DNA of 64,000 nt, from NCBI GenBank assembly GCA_035255085.1, contig DATEZY010000093.1, forward strand, positions 15,183 through 79,182. Reading direction: 5' to 3'. The position numbers and the translations under genes were made by a program. The notes beneath the pieces are model-generated. The model saw only the letters and a program-made list of their open reading frames with translations, made no database searches and had not been told where the DNA came from. Each line of letters opens with the position of its first letter. The first letter of the stretch is position 1. This document shows positions 47,473 to 60,261 of this stretch, one piece after another. This stretch comes from Azospira sp. (GTDB lineage Bacteria; Pseudomonadota; Gammaproteobacteria; Burkholderiales; Rhodocyclaceae).

Positions 47473-50148
47473 TTGGCTAAGCAAACCGGTATTTCCTCTC
47501 GCCAATTTGTTTTTGTCGTCATCGCCGTCCTGGCGCTGACCGGTTTCTGCGCCCTCCTCGGTTTCGAACTCAAGCACTCCTACGACAGCGAACTCGGCTA
47601 CGCCCGGCGCAACGTGGAAAACCTGGCCTTCACCCTGGAAGGTCAGACCCGGGCGACGGTGGAGAAAATCGATATCGTGCTGCGGGAAGTGCAGTACAGC
47701 CTGCAGAAGGATTATCCCCGGGGCTTGCCCCAGGCCAAGGGAAGCGTGGTCAACGAGGAATTGGCCCGCTTGCTGGCCTCCATTCCGGAATCCCAAAGCC
47801 TGCGTGTTGCCAATGCCCAGGGCAATTTTGTCTTCGATGCGTCGGGCAAGGTCGGGCCGGCCACCATTGGCGACCGGGCCTATTTTCAGCGCAACAAGAA
47901 TGAGCCCCAGGCCGGCCTAGTCATTTCCGATCCCATATTTGCCCGCCTGACCCAGAATTGGGTGATAACCCTGAGCCGCCGTCTGGAGGATGGTCAGGGA
48001 AATTTCATCGGCCTGGTGCAGGCGGCCATCAATACCGATACCCTGCAGCATTTCTTCGCCACCCTGGATGTGGGCAAGGGGGGCGTGGTGGCCCTCTACG
48101 ACGACAATCTGCGGCTCATCGCCCGCCAGCCCAATCTGCCCAGCCGCCTGGGCAAGGTAGTCAATAATCCCGAAATTGCCCAGAACATCCAGGGGCGCAG
48201 CGCCGGTTCCTTTTCCGCCGTTTCCTTCCAGGACGGCGTCACCCGGGTGTTTTCCTTCCGCCGCCTGGAGAATCTGCCTTTCGTGGTGTTCGTTGGCCTG
48301 TCCAAAGACGAGGTCCTCGGCGAGTGGTACCGCAAGCTGACCTACTACGGCCTGAGTGCCCTGGTGCTGGCGGCCGCCCTGCTGGGACTGATCCTGGTGT
48401 GGCAGCGCAGCTATGTGCATGCCGTGCTGCTGGCCCAGAACATGAGCAATGCCTATGGGGAATCCGCCTCGCGCATGCGGGCGCTGCTGGACAGCATTCC
48501 CGACCTGGCCTGGATCAAGGACGAGAAATTCCGCTTCCACGCCGTCAATGAGGCTTACGCCCGCATCGCCGGCATGTCCGCCAAGGAAATCATCGGCAAG
48601 ACGGTATTCCAGGTCTGGCCTGAGGCTTTGGCGCGCCAGTTCCAAATCCATGACGAAACGGTTCTCCAGACGGGCCAGGCGCACCAGGTGGAGGTGGAGG
48701 TACCGGATCCCCAGGGGCAGCTCCATGTCCTGGATTACATCCGTGTCCCGGTGCGGGACGAGGAGGGCGAGGTGGTGGGCATTGCCGGGGTGGCCCGGGA
48801 TATTACCGAGCGCAAGCAGGCCGAGGCGCGGATCCGCCACCTGGCCGAGCACGATGCCCTGACCGACCTGCCCAACCGTAGCCTGCTCAATACCAGGTTG
48901 GCCGAGGCTATCGCCCAGTCGGTGGGCGAACAGGCCCAGATGGCGCTGCTCTTTCTCGACCTGGACCACTTCAAGAACATCAACGATTCTCTCGGCCATG
49001 CCCTGGGAGACAAGTTGCTGCAACAGGTGGCTGAGCGTCTGCGCCAGTTGCTGGATGAGCGGGACACCATCAGCCGCCCCGGGGGCGACGAATTCGCCAT
49101 CCTGCTCGCCCACTGCAGCGATGTCGCCATGATCGGACGCATCGCCCAGCGCCTCCTGGACGGGGTGGCCCAGCCCTTTGCCGTGGATGGCCACGAATTG
49201 GTGCTTTCGGCTTCCATCGGTATCAGCGTCTATCCCTATGACGGGGCCGATCTGGGGGCTCTGATGAAAAATGCCGATGCGGCCCTGTTCTCCGCCAAGG
49301 CTGCCGGGCGCAACAATTACCAGTTCTTTACGCCGGAGATGAACGCCCGGGTGTTCGAACGCCTTTCCCTGGAAAACAGCCTGCGCAAGGCCCTGGGGCG
49401 CCAGGAACTGATCCTCCATTACCAGCCCCAGTTCGATGTCCGGAGCGGACGGCTGTTCGGCTTCGAAGCGTTGTTGCGCTGGCGTCATCCGGAGATGGGC
49501 CTGGTCTCGCCCGTCCGCTTCATTCCCATCGCCGAGGAAACCAACCTCATTCTGCCCATCGGCGAATGGGTGCTGTCCACGGCCTGCTCCCAGTTGATGC
49601 AATGGCAGGCCCAGGGCCTGCCCGCCGCCACGATGGCGGTGAATTTGTCGCCCGTGCAGTTCCGCCAGCGCAACCTGGTGGAAATCGTCTCCCGGGCCCT
49701 GACCCAGAGCGGTCTGCCGCCGGAGCTCCTGGAACTGGAAATTACGGAAAGCCTGCTCATGGAAAACACCGAGCGGGCGGTCCAGGTGCTCAATGACCTC
49801 AAGGCCCTGGGTGTGCGCCTGTCCCTGGATGACTTCGGCACCGGCTACTCCAGCCTGGCCTATCTGAAGCGCTTCCCCCTGGATAAGATCAAGATCGACC
49901 AGTCCTTCGTGCGGGATTTGACCAAGGACCCTGGGGATGCTGCCATTATCCAGGCCATTATTGCCATCGCCGGCAAGCTGGGCATGGGGGTGATCGCCGA
50001 AGGGGTGGAAACCCGGGAGCAGTTGGACTACCTTAGCAGTCATGACTGTCATGAAGTTCAGGGCTTCCTCTTCAGCCCGGCGGTCGCGGCGGAGGAGGCG
50101 GTCTCTTTTTTTGCTGGCGATGGGCCAAAGCTCTGGCCAATGGCATAA
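47473..50148 (+). CDS. Membrane Cache-PAS-GGDEF-EAL c-di-GMP enzyme
   Basis: 2 TM flanking a Cache-like region (DRAYFQ, LSRRL); PAS/PAC (ARDITERK); GGDEF without RxxD; EALLRW, DDFGTGYSSL, KIDQSF. Confidence 0.92.
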   Translation: MAKQTGISSRQFVFVVIAVLALTGFCALLGFELKHSYDSELGYARRNVENLAFTLEGQTRATVEKIDIVLREVQYSLQKDYPRGLPQAKGSVVNEELARLLASIPESQSLRVANAQGNFVFDASGKVGPATIGDRAYFQRNKNEPQAGLVISDPIFARLTQNWVITLSRRLEDGQGNFIGLVQAAINTDTLQHFFATLDVGKGGVVALYDDNLRLIARQPNLPSRLGKVVNNPEIAQNIQGRSAGSFSAVSFQDGVTRVFSFRRLENLPFVVFVGLSKDEVLGEWYRKLTYYGLSALVLAAALLGLILVWQRSYVHAVLLAQNMSNAYGESASRMRALLDSIPDLAWIKDEKFRFHAVNEAYARIAGMSAKEIIGKTVFQVWPEALARQFQIHDETVLQTGQAHQVEVEVPDPQGQLHVLDYIRVPVRDEEGEVVGIAGVARDITERKQAEARIRHLAEHDALTDLPNRSLLNTRLAEAIAQSVGEQAQMALLFLDLDHFKNINDSLGHALGDKLLQQVAERLRQLLDERDTISRPGGDEFAILLAHCSDVAMIGRIAQRLLDGVAQPFAVDGHELVLSASIGISVYPYDGADLGALMKNADAALFSAKAAGRNNYQFFTPEMNARVFERLSLENSLRKALGRQELILHYQPQFDVRSGRLFGFEALLRWRHPEMGLVSPVRFIPIAEETNLILPIGEWVLSTACSQLMQWQAQGLPAATMAVNLSPVQFRQRNLVEIVSRALTQSGLPPELLELEITESLLMENTERAVQVLNDLKALGVRLSLDDFGTGYSSLAYLKRFPLDKIKIDQSFVRDLTKDPGDAAIIQAIIAIAGKLGMGVIAEGVETREQLDYLSSHDCHEVQGFLFSPAVAAEEAVSFFAGDGPKLWPMA

Positions 50149-50207
50149 TGAAGCACAACCCGGCGCTTTCCGGTGCCCTGGGTTACCCGAACCCTAAGGA
50201 GGAATAA

Positions 50208-50651
50208 ATGCAAGTAACTACCCATCTGTTCGGCACCATTGATATCGATCCCGATACCATCCTTACCTTCCCCGAAGGTATCACCGGTTTTCCCGACAGC
50301 AAGCGCTACAAGCTGATCCATGAAGAAGTGGCAGGGGAGCCGGTCAGCTTCACCCTGCAATCCGTGGACAGCCCGGCTGTTGCTTTCCAGATCATCGACC
50401 CGACCGCTATCGGCTTCCAGTACGAGCTGGAAGTTACCGCTGCGGAACAGGCCGCCATCAAGGCTGCCAAGCCGGAAGACGTGGCCGTCATGCTGGTACT
50501 GTTCAAGTCCGAGGATAGCGGCAAGCAGATCGGCGCCAACATTCGTGCTCCGCTGCTGATCAATCCCGCATCCCGCCTGGGCGTGCAAAAGGTGATCCAG
50601 AACTATCGTCCCAATATCACCCTGAGCAACCTGAGCACCGCTGTGGCTTAA
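50208..50651 (+). CDS. fliW: Flagellar assembly factor FliW
   Basis: T..FG.I, ILTFPEGITGF, LQS, IIDP, ANIRAPLLIN; strong SD AAGGAGG. Confidence 0.85.
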   Translation: MQVTTHLFGTIDIDPDTILTFPEGITGFPDSKRYKLIHEEVAGEPVSFTLQSVDSPAVAFQIIDPTAIGFQYELEVTAAEQAAIKAAKPEDVAVMLVLFKSEDSGKQIGANIRAPLLINPASRLGVQKVIQNYRPNITLSNLSTAVA

Positions 50652-50690
50652 CCGGCCTCAGTGACCTAATGGCCTAAGGGCTGCAAGGCA

Positions 50691-50724
50691 AATAAAAAAG
50701 GGGCCAGCCGGCCCCTTTTTTATT
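50691..50724. terminator. Bidirectional intrinsic terminator
   Basis: aataaaaaaggggcc-agcc-ggccccttttttatt. Confidence 0.88.
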
Positions 50725-50753
50725 TGGTACTACCTTTTACTACTACCCATTTC

Positions 50754-51278
50754 TCAGGCGGCGGGCGTCAGCTTCTGCCGGTAACGCCGGGCGTTATCCA
50801 CGTAGTGGGCCGCGCTTTTTTGCAGTTTCGCCACTTCATCATCGCTCAATTCCCGCACCACCTTGCCGGGGGAGCCCACGATCAGTACCCGGTCGGGGAA
50901 GACCTTGCCCTCGGGAATGAGGGTGTTGGCGCCGACGATGCAGCTTTTGCCGATCACCGCCCGGTTCAGGATGATGGAGCCGATACCTATGAGGGAGCCG
51001 TCGCCCACGGTACAGCCGTGCAGCATCACCAGGTGGCCAACCGTGACGTCCCGGCCAATGGTGAGGGGAACGCCTTCGTCAGTGTGCAGCACCGAGCCGT
51101 CCTGGATGTTGCTGTTATCGCCGATGCTGATCGGGTCGTTGTCGCCGCGCAGCACGGCGTTCCACCAGATCGAGGCGTTAGCGCCCAGGCGCACGTCGCC
51201 GATCACCGTGGCATTGGGGGCGATCCAGGCATCGCTGCCGAGTTGAGGCTTTTTCTCGCCGAGTTCATAAAGGGCCAT
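50754..51278 (-). CDS. Gamma carbonic anhydrase family (YrdA-like) protein
   Basis: Hexapeptide repeats; [33 protein letters not shown]. Confidence 0.92.
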   Translation of the reverse strand: MALYELGEKKPQLGSDAWIAPNATVIGDVRLGANASIWWNAVLRGDNDPISIGDNSNIQDGSVLHTDEGVPLTIGRDVTVGHLVMLHGCTVGDGSLIGIGSIILNRAVIGKSCIVGANTLIPEGKVFPDRVLIVGSPGKVVRELSDDEVAKLQKSAAHYVDNARRYRQKLTPAA

Positions 51279-51314
51279 GGGGAAAGTCTCCGTCATTGTG
51301 TTGATCGATATGCT

Positions 51315-52796
51315 TCAGGCGTTGGTGGCCGGAATCGTGGCGGGAATGGCGGCCAGCAGGGCCATGAGCAGTTGCCAGCTCTGTTCCACCGTCTTGATCT
51401 CCACCCGCTCGCCGGGAGCGTGGGCACCGCGGATGGTGGGGCCGAAGGAAACCATGTCCAGTCCCGGATACTTGGCGCCGATGATGCCGCATTCCAGGCC
51501 GGCGTGGATCACCTTCACCTCCGCTTCGCCGCCGAACTCCCGGGCATAGACCTGGCGGGCCAGGGCCAGCAGGGGGGAGTCCGGGTTGGGCTTCCAGCCG
51601 GAGTAGCCGTCAGTGAGGGCGCAGTCGGCGCCGATCAGGGAAAACAGGTCGGCGATTTCCCGGGAGTGGGACTGGGCCAGGGAATCCACCAGGGAACGCA
51701 CCATGAAGTTGGCCTTGGCCACGCCATCGGCCACGGTCAGCACTCCCAGGTTGTTGGAGGTCTCGACAATCCCTGGCACCTTCTGGCTCATGCCCTTGAC
51801 ACCATGGGGAGCGGCATTGAGCGCGGCCAGAAGCTTGTCCTGAGCCTCCAGGGCCATGATCGGAGCGGCCAGGTTGGATGCATCGCTAAGCCCCAGGGAA
51901 AGGCCACTTTCAACGCCATCGAGCTCCCGGGCAAGGGTGGTGGCGGTAGCGGCCAGGGCTGCCTCAATATCCGCTAGCAGGGCCGGGTCCAGGGCAATGA
52001 TGGCAAAGGCCTCCCGCGGCAGGGCGTTGCGGGCGGTGCCGCCTTCCAGCCCGATCAGGCGCCAGCCCTGTGGCGGCAGGCTGCGCAATGCCCGGACCAG
52101 GAGCTTGATGGCGTTGCCCCGGCCGAGGTGGATGTCGATGCCCGAATGGCCGCCGCTGAGGCCGGTAAGGGCCAGGCGGGCGGCTTTCCAGCCCGTCGGC
52201 AGGGGTTCGCTGGGGTAGGGGTAGGTGACATTGACGTCCATGCCGCCAGCACAGCCCAGGTACAGGTGGCCCCATTCCTCGGTGTCGATATTGATCAGGT
52301 AGCGGCCCTGCAGCAGGCCGGGGGCCAGGCCCAGGGCGCCGCCCATGCCGGCTTCCTCATCCACCGTGAGCAGCACTTCCAGAGCCGGGTGCGGTAAATC
52401 ATCGGCTTCCAGGGCCGCCAGGGCGAGGGCCACGCCGATGCCGTTGTCCGAGCCAAGGGTAGTGTTCTCCGCCACCAGCCAGCCGTCCCTGAGTACCGGG
52501 CGGATCGGGTCCTTGTGGAAGTCATGATCGGTGCCGGCGTTTTTCTGGCACACCATGTCCAGGTGGCCCTGGAGGATCACCCCGGGGCGGTCTTCATAGC
52601 CCGGGCTGGCAGGCTTGCGGATCACCAGGTTGCCCACCGCATCGATGCTCGTTTCCAGGCCCCGATCCCGGGCCCAGGCTTGCAGGGCATCCCGCAGGGG
52701 GGCTTCGAATTTGGAAGGGCGGGGAATGCGGCAGAGGGTTTCAAAATGGCGCCACACGGGGGCCAGGGGAGCGGGGGAGAGTTGAGCGAAGTCCAT
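51315..52796 (-). CDS. pepD: Aminoacyl-histidine dipeptidase PepD (M20)
   Basis: IPRPSK, LQGHLDMV, TTLGSDNGIG, DEEAGM, GGHSGIDIH, IHAGLECG; start set at MDFAQ. Confidence 0.92.
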   Translation of the reverse strand: MDFAQLSPAPLAPVWRHFETLCRIPRPSKFEAPLRDALQAWARDRGLETSIDAVGNLVIRKPASPGYEDRPGVILQGHLDMVCQKNAGTDHDFHKDPIRPVLRDGWLVAENTTLGSDNGIGVALALAALEADDLPHPALEVLLTVDEEAGMGGALGLAPGLLQGRYLINIDTEEWGHLYLGCAGGMDVNVTYPYPSEPLPTGWKAARLALTGLSGGHSGIDIHLGRGNAIKLLVRALRSLPPQGWRLIGLEGGTARNALPREAFAIIALDPALLADIEAALAATATTLARELDGVESGLSLGLSDASNLAAPIMALEAQDKLLAALNAAPHGVKGMSQKVPGIVETSNNLGVLTVADGVAKANFMVRSLVDSLAQSHSREIADLFSLIGADCALTDGYSGWKPNPDSPLLALARQVYAREFGGEAEVKVIHAGLECGIIGAKYPGLDMVSFGPTIRGAHAPGERVEIKTVEQSWQLLMALLAAIPATIPATNA

Positions 52797-52848
52797 GAGC
52801 GTGTTGGCGGGGCATAATCCGGGCTGGCCCACCGAGTTTGAAAAGCCC

Positions 52849-53226
52849 ATGACCTTAGCAGAAAACGCCCAAGTTTCCGACCTGGCGGACCTGACCCGCC
52901 GCATCCTGGAATTTCGCGATGCCCGGGACTGGCGCCAGTTCCATTCCCTGAAGAACCTGATCGTCTCCCTCAACTTGGAGGCGGCAGAGTTGCTGGAGCT
53001 GACCCAGTGGCACAGCGACGCCGAGGCGGAGACCCTGCCTGCCGATCCCCGGACCCGGGAAGCCCTGGCCGACGAATGTGCCGACGTGCTGCTCTATCTG
53101 CTGCTCATCGCCGACGGGGCCGGCATCGACCTGGCCGCCGCGGCTCGGGCCAAGCTGGAAAAGAACGATGCCAAGTATCCGGTGGCCAAGAGTCGGGGTT
53201 CCCGGCGCAAATATACGGAGTTGTAA
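52849..53226 (+). CDS. MazG-like nucleotide pyrophosphohydrolase (DCTPP1-like)
   Basis: FRDARDWRQFH..KNL, EAAELLE..QW, DECADV, K.EKN..KYP. Confidence 0.88.
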   Translation: MTLAENAQVSDLADLTRRILEFRDARDWRQFHSLKNLIVSLNLEAAELLELTQWHSDAEAETLPADPRTREALADECADVLLYLLLIADGAGIDLAAAARAKLEKNDAKYPVAKSRGSRRKYTEL

Positions 53227-53398
53227 TGGCCATGGACCTGGGGGCCTCACAACAGCCATTGCTGCTGCCCTTGAGACGGTTTTGGGGCCCCGCCAAATCT
53301 CCTGGCCCTTTCCTGGTCAAATGGACGGGCAGGGGGTGCAGATTGAGGGTGGTGATGGCTGATGGTGGCAAGGCCAACAGGAAAGCAGGGATAAGACC

Positions 53399-54028
53399 GT
53401 GAACTTTCTCGCCCATGCCTATCTAGCCGGCCCCGAGGCCTCGGACCGGCTTGGCGGCCTGCTCGGGGATTTCGTCAAAGGCCCTCTCGCCGGCCTCCTG
53501 GCAACTGGATTGCCCGAGGCGGTGGTGGCTGGGGTGGAGTTGCATCGCCGCATCGACAGCTTTGCCGATGCCCACCCGGCCTTCCAGCGTAGCCGGGCCC
53601 GTTTGAGCGGGGCGCGGCGCCGCTACGGCGGCATCGTCGCCGATATGGCCTACGACCATTTCCTGGCACGTTTCTGGGGGGAACTTATCGTCTCGGAGGA
53701 GCTAGGCAGCCTGGAGGAGTTCGCCGCCGGGACCTATGCCCTGCTGGCCGACAACGGAGAACTGTTGCCACCCCGGCTGGCAGCCATCCTGCCGGCCATG
53801 ACGGCTGACAACTGGCTGGTCTCCTACCGGGAACTGGCGTCGGTGAGCTATGCCCTGGACCGCATGGCCCAGCGCCTTAGCCGCCCGAACGGGCTTTTCG
53901 GGGCCGGGGCGGAGTTGGCCCGGGAGTACGCGGGCTTCGAGTCGGACTTCCGGGCTTTCCTGCCGGACGCCCGGGCATTTGCCGCTGCCCACCGGGCCGG
54001 CCGGGAACCCCTTCCCGGGGGGGGCTAG
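53399..54028 (+). CDS. acpH: ACP phosphodiesterase family protein
   Basis: MNFLAH.YL, LGDFVKG, LHRRIDSF.D.HP, DMAYDHFLA..W. Confidence 0.88.
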   Translation: MNFLAHAYLAGPEASDRLGGLLGDFVKGPLAGLLATGLPEAVVAGVELHRRIDSFADAHPAFQRSRARLSGARRRYGGIVADMAYDHFLARFWGELIVSEELGSLEEFAAGTYALLADNGELLPPRLAAILPAMTADNWLVSYRELASVSYALDRMAQRLSRPNGLFGAGAELAREYAGFESDFRAFLPDARAFAAAHRAGREPLPGGG

Positions 54029-54950
54029 GTGCGCGGGGTGTCCGTTCCATGCGTTCCGCCCTTTCTTCCGCTGCCTCATCGCTTCTGGCCAGGGAGCTGG
54101 GGTTCGGGTTCTCCTGGTATTCCAGGGTGAAGCCGGCCCCGGCATCGGTGCCCAGGGTCTCCACCAGGTAGGGCATGATCTGCTTCAGTTCTGCTTCCAG
54201 AGTCCACGGCGGGTTGAGGATGAACATACCGCTGCCGACCATGCCCGGGGCTTCCGCCGACGGCGCATGCACGCTCAGACTGACGTGGAGCCAGCTTTTC
54301 ACCGGCAGGCGCTTCAGGCGATCGGGTAGTTTGCGCGCCTCGATGCGGGCGATCTGGGGATACCACACGGCATAGGTGCCGGTGGGGAAGCGGGTCAGGC
54401 TGTCTTCCAGGGCTTGGAAGACAGCAGCGTAATCGGTCTTCAGTTCGTAGGACGGGTCGATTAGTACCAGGGCCCGCCGCTGCAGCGGGGGGAGGGAGGC
54501 CTTGAGTCCGGCAAAGCCGTCGCCCAGGGTCACCATCACCTGCCGCCCGGCATCCTTGAAGCTCTTGCCCAGGATCTGCACATCGCTGCTGTGTAGTTCG
54601 TAGAAGCGCAACCGATCGGCTTCCCGTGCCAGTTTCCAGGTCAGCCAGGGGGAGCCCGGGTAGAGCTTGAGCTTGCCGCTGGGATTGAGTTGCCGCACCA
54701 GGCCCACGTAGTCGGCCAGGGCCGGGGGCAGGTCATCGCGCTCCCACAGGCGGCCGATGCCGCCCTCGTATTCGGCCAGCTTGTTGGCGTAGTCCGACTC
54801 CAGGGAGTAGCAGCCAGCCCCAGCGTGGGTATCCACAACCATGAAGGGTTTGTCCTTCTGCTCCATGTAGCGGATGAGTTGCACCAGAACCAGATGCTTG
54901 AGGACGTCGGCGTGGTTGCCGGCATGGAAGGCGTGGCGGTAGCTGAGCAT
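53877..54950 (-). CDS. rlmJ: 23S rRNA m6A2030 methyltransferase RlmJ with C-terminal extension
   Basis: MLSYRHAFHAGNHADVLKH, DTHAGAG, YPGSP, LIDPSYE, GSGMFILNPPW. Confidence 0.93.
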   Translation of the reverse strand: MLSYRHAFHAGNHADVLKHLVLVQLIRYMEQKDKPFMVVDTHAGAGCYSLESDYANKLAEYEGGIGRLWERDDLPPALADYVGLVRQLNPSGKLKLYPGSPWLTWKLAREADRLRFYELHSSDVQILGKSFKDAGRQVMVTLGDGFAGLKASLPPLQRRALVLIDPSYELKTDYAAVFQALEDSLTRFPTGTYAVWYPQIARIEARKLPDRLKRLPVKSWLHVSLSVHAPSAEAPGMVGSGMFILNPPWTLEAELKQIMPYLVETLGTDAGAGFTLEYQENPNPSSLARSDEAAEERAERMERTPRAPSPPREGVPGRPGGQRQMPGRPAGKPGSPTRSPRTPGPTPPRPRKARSGG

Positions 54951-55268
54951 TCAGAGCACCGAATTAAAAAGTTCGAGTTGGGGTGGCCCCAGGTACAGGT
55001 CCCGGGGCGTGGCGCCAGCATTGGCGTGGGCTTTGCGGAAGGCCTCGGAGCGCGTCCAGGCTTCGAAGGCTGCTTCGGAATCCCACATGGTGTGGGAGGC
55101 GAAGAGGGTGAATTCCGCCGGTTCGTCAGTCATGGGCTCCAGTTGTAGCAGATGAAACTCGCGGAAGCCCGGCACCTCGTGCAGGTAGCTCTCCCGCTGG
55201 CGCCAGTGTTCGACGAATTCGGCCTCCCGGCCCCGGGCGATGCGAAAGCGGTTCATGGCAAGGAACAT
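54951..55268 (-). CDS. ABM-family monooxygenase, IsdG/HmuQ-like heme-degrading type
   Basis: MFLAMNRF, VPGFREFHLL, AFEAWTRSEAFRKAH (Asn/Trp/His). Confidence 0.8.
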   Translation of the reverse strand: MFLAMNRFRIARGREAEFVEHWRQRESYLHEVPGFREFHLLQLEPMTDEPAEFTLFASHTMWDSEAAFEAWTRSEAFRKAHANAGATPRDLYLGPPQLELFNSVL

Positions 55269-55406
55269 GGGGAGGCTCCGGAAAAGTCGGGAAGTCCCCA
55301 TTTTAGCGGACTTTGGCGGGTGGATTGGAGGCAGGGGTCAAGGGGCTCTCCCCAGCCTAGGGAGAGCGGGGGAGGCAGGAGGGGATGGCGGTCCATCCCC
55401 GGTCCA

Positions 55407-56249
55407 TCATTCGAACAGGTTGAGCAGGGAATCCAGGCCGCCGAAGCTGATGGCGACGCTGGCCTTGGCCCGGGTGGCCGGTTTGGCGTGGAAGGCGACG
55501 GAGAGACCGGCTTCGGCCATCATCAGCAGGTCGTTGGCGCCATCGCCGACAGCGATCACCTGATCCTGACGCAAACCCAGGTCGTCCCGCAGGCGGTTGA
55601 GGTGGTGAGCCTTGGCCTGGGCGTCCACGATGTCGCCGACGACCTTGCCGGTCAGCTTGCCACCGGAAATTTCCAGTTCATTGGAGGTGGCGAAGTCGAA
55701 GCCCAGTTCGATGCGCAGCCGTTCGGTGAAGTAGGTGAAGCCGCCAGACAGGATGGCGGTGCGCAGGCCGGCCGTCTGGGCTGCTTCCAGCAGTTCCCGG
55801 GCGCCAGGGGAGAGCAGCAGCCGTTCGCCATAGACCCGGGCCAGGACCCGGGCATCCAGGCCGGCCAGCAGGGCCAGGCGGCGACGCAGGCTTTCCCGGT
55901 AGTCGATCTCGCCGCGCATGGCCGATTCGGTGACGGCGGAGACCTCGGCCTTCTTGCCGGCGAAGTCGGCCAGTTCGTCGATGCACTCGATGGTGATGAG
56001 GGTCGAGTCCATGTCGAAGCAGATCAGGCCGTAATCCGACAGCTTCTTGCCACTGGGAACGAAGGCCCAGTCCAGCCCTTCATTGGCGAGCAGGGGGGCG
56101 GTTTCGAGGAAGGCAGGAGTCTTTTCAGCGTTGCGCAGGCGCACCACCTGGGGCGGGCGGGGCTCCACCGCACTGGCGCCGGTGGCAGCCACCAGGCGTT
56201 CGATGAGGAAAGTCGGGACGGCACCGCCCTGAATGACGAGGTCAAACAT
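55407..56249 (-). CDS. serB: Phosphoserine phosphatase
   Basis: DMDSTLITIECIDE, SGGF, GDGANDL HAD motifs. Confidence 0.95.
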   Translation of the reverse strand: MFDLVIQGGAVPTFLIERLVAATGASAVEPRPPQVVRLRNAEKTPAFLETAPLLANEGLDWAFVPSGKKLSDYGLICFDMDSTLITIECIDELADFAGKKAEVSAVTESAMRGEIDYRESLRRRLALLAGLDARVLARVYGERLLLSPGARELLEAAQTAGLRTAILSGGFTYFTERLRIELGFDFATSNELEISGGKLTGKVVGDIVDAQAKAHHLNRLRDDLGLRQDQVIAVGDGANDLLMMAEAGLSVAFHAKPATRAKASVAISFGGLDSLLNLFE

Positions 56250-56281
56250 TTGCAAACCTTGAATGCAAAATCAAAGCAAAA

Positions 56282-56337
56282 AGCGCGGAGTGCGGATGGG
56301 CCCGGGCTTTCCAGGCAGTTCCGCTGCTCCGCGCGTT
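56282..56337 (-). terminator. Long imperfect hairpin after the DAHP synthase gene, T-rich tail on minus strand
   Basis: gcgcggagtgcgga ... tccgctgctccgcgc; minus strand continues tttttgctttgatttt. Confidence 0.5.
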
Positions 56338-56354
56338 GGCGTTGACAAAGAAGC

Positions 56355-57428
<1,074 letters not shown>

Positions 57429-57576
57429 GGTCGTTGTGCGCAGAAGACGGATTCCGTGATTGATTGCCCCCGACGCCTGTGCTGCGCGTGTGAGGAGCGG
57501 GCCGAGCCCGTTAGTTTAACTTGTCCGGATGCGCTTGAGCACCCTAAATTCCGACCTTGATTGCCGCTCGGGGCCT

Positions 57577-60162
<2,586 letters not shown>

Positions 60163-60261
60163 GAGCTTGGACAAGGCTCCCCGATTATTCGGCGGCGTTC
60201 CCGTTGTGGCACCGGGACGCACCTTTTATGATGTGTGGCATTTTCCGCTGAAGGGGGAGAA

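Noticed and set aside
50120-50207. Sigma28 promoter or CsrA site upstream of fliW
   Set aside because: No GCCGATAA-like element; the GGA motifs are simply the Shine-Dalgarno sequence.
52849-53226. MazG-like gene as an anti-phage or toxin-antitoxin component
   Set aside because: It stands alone among housekeeping genes with no partner nuclease or toxin; nucleotide pool sanitation is the simpler reading.
53227-53398. Small ORFs between the MazG-like gene and acpH
   Set aside because: No clear SD or recognisable protein features; treated as intergenic.
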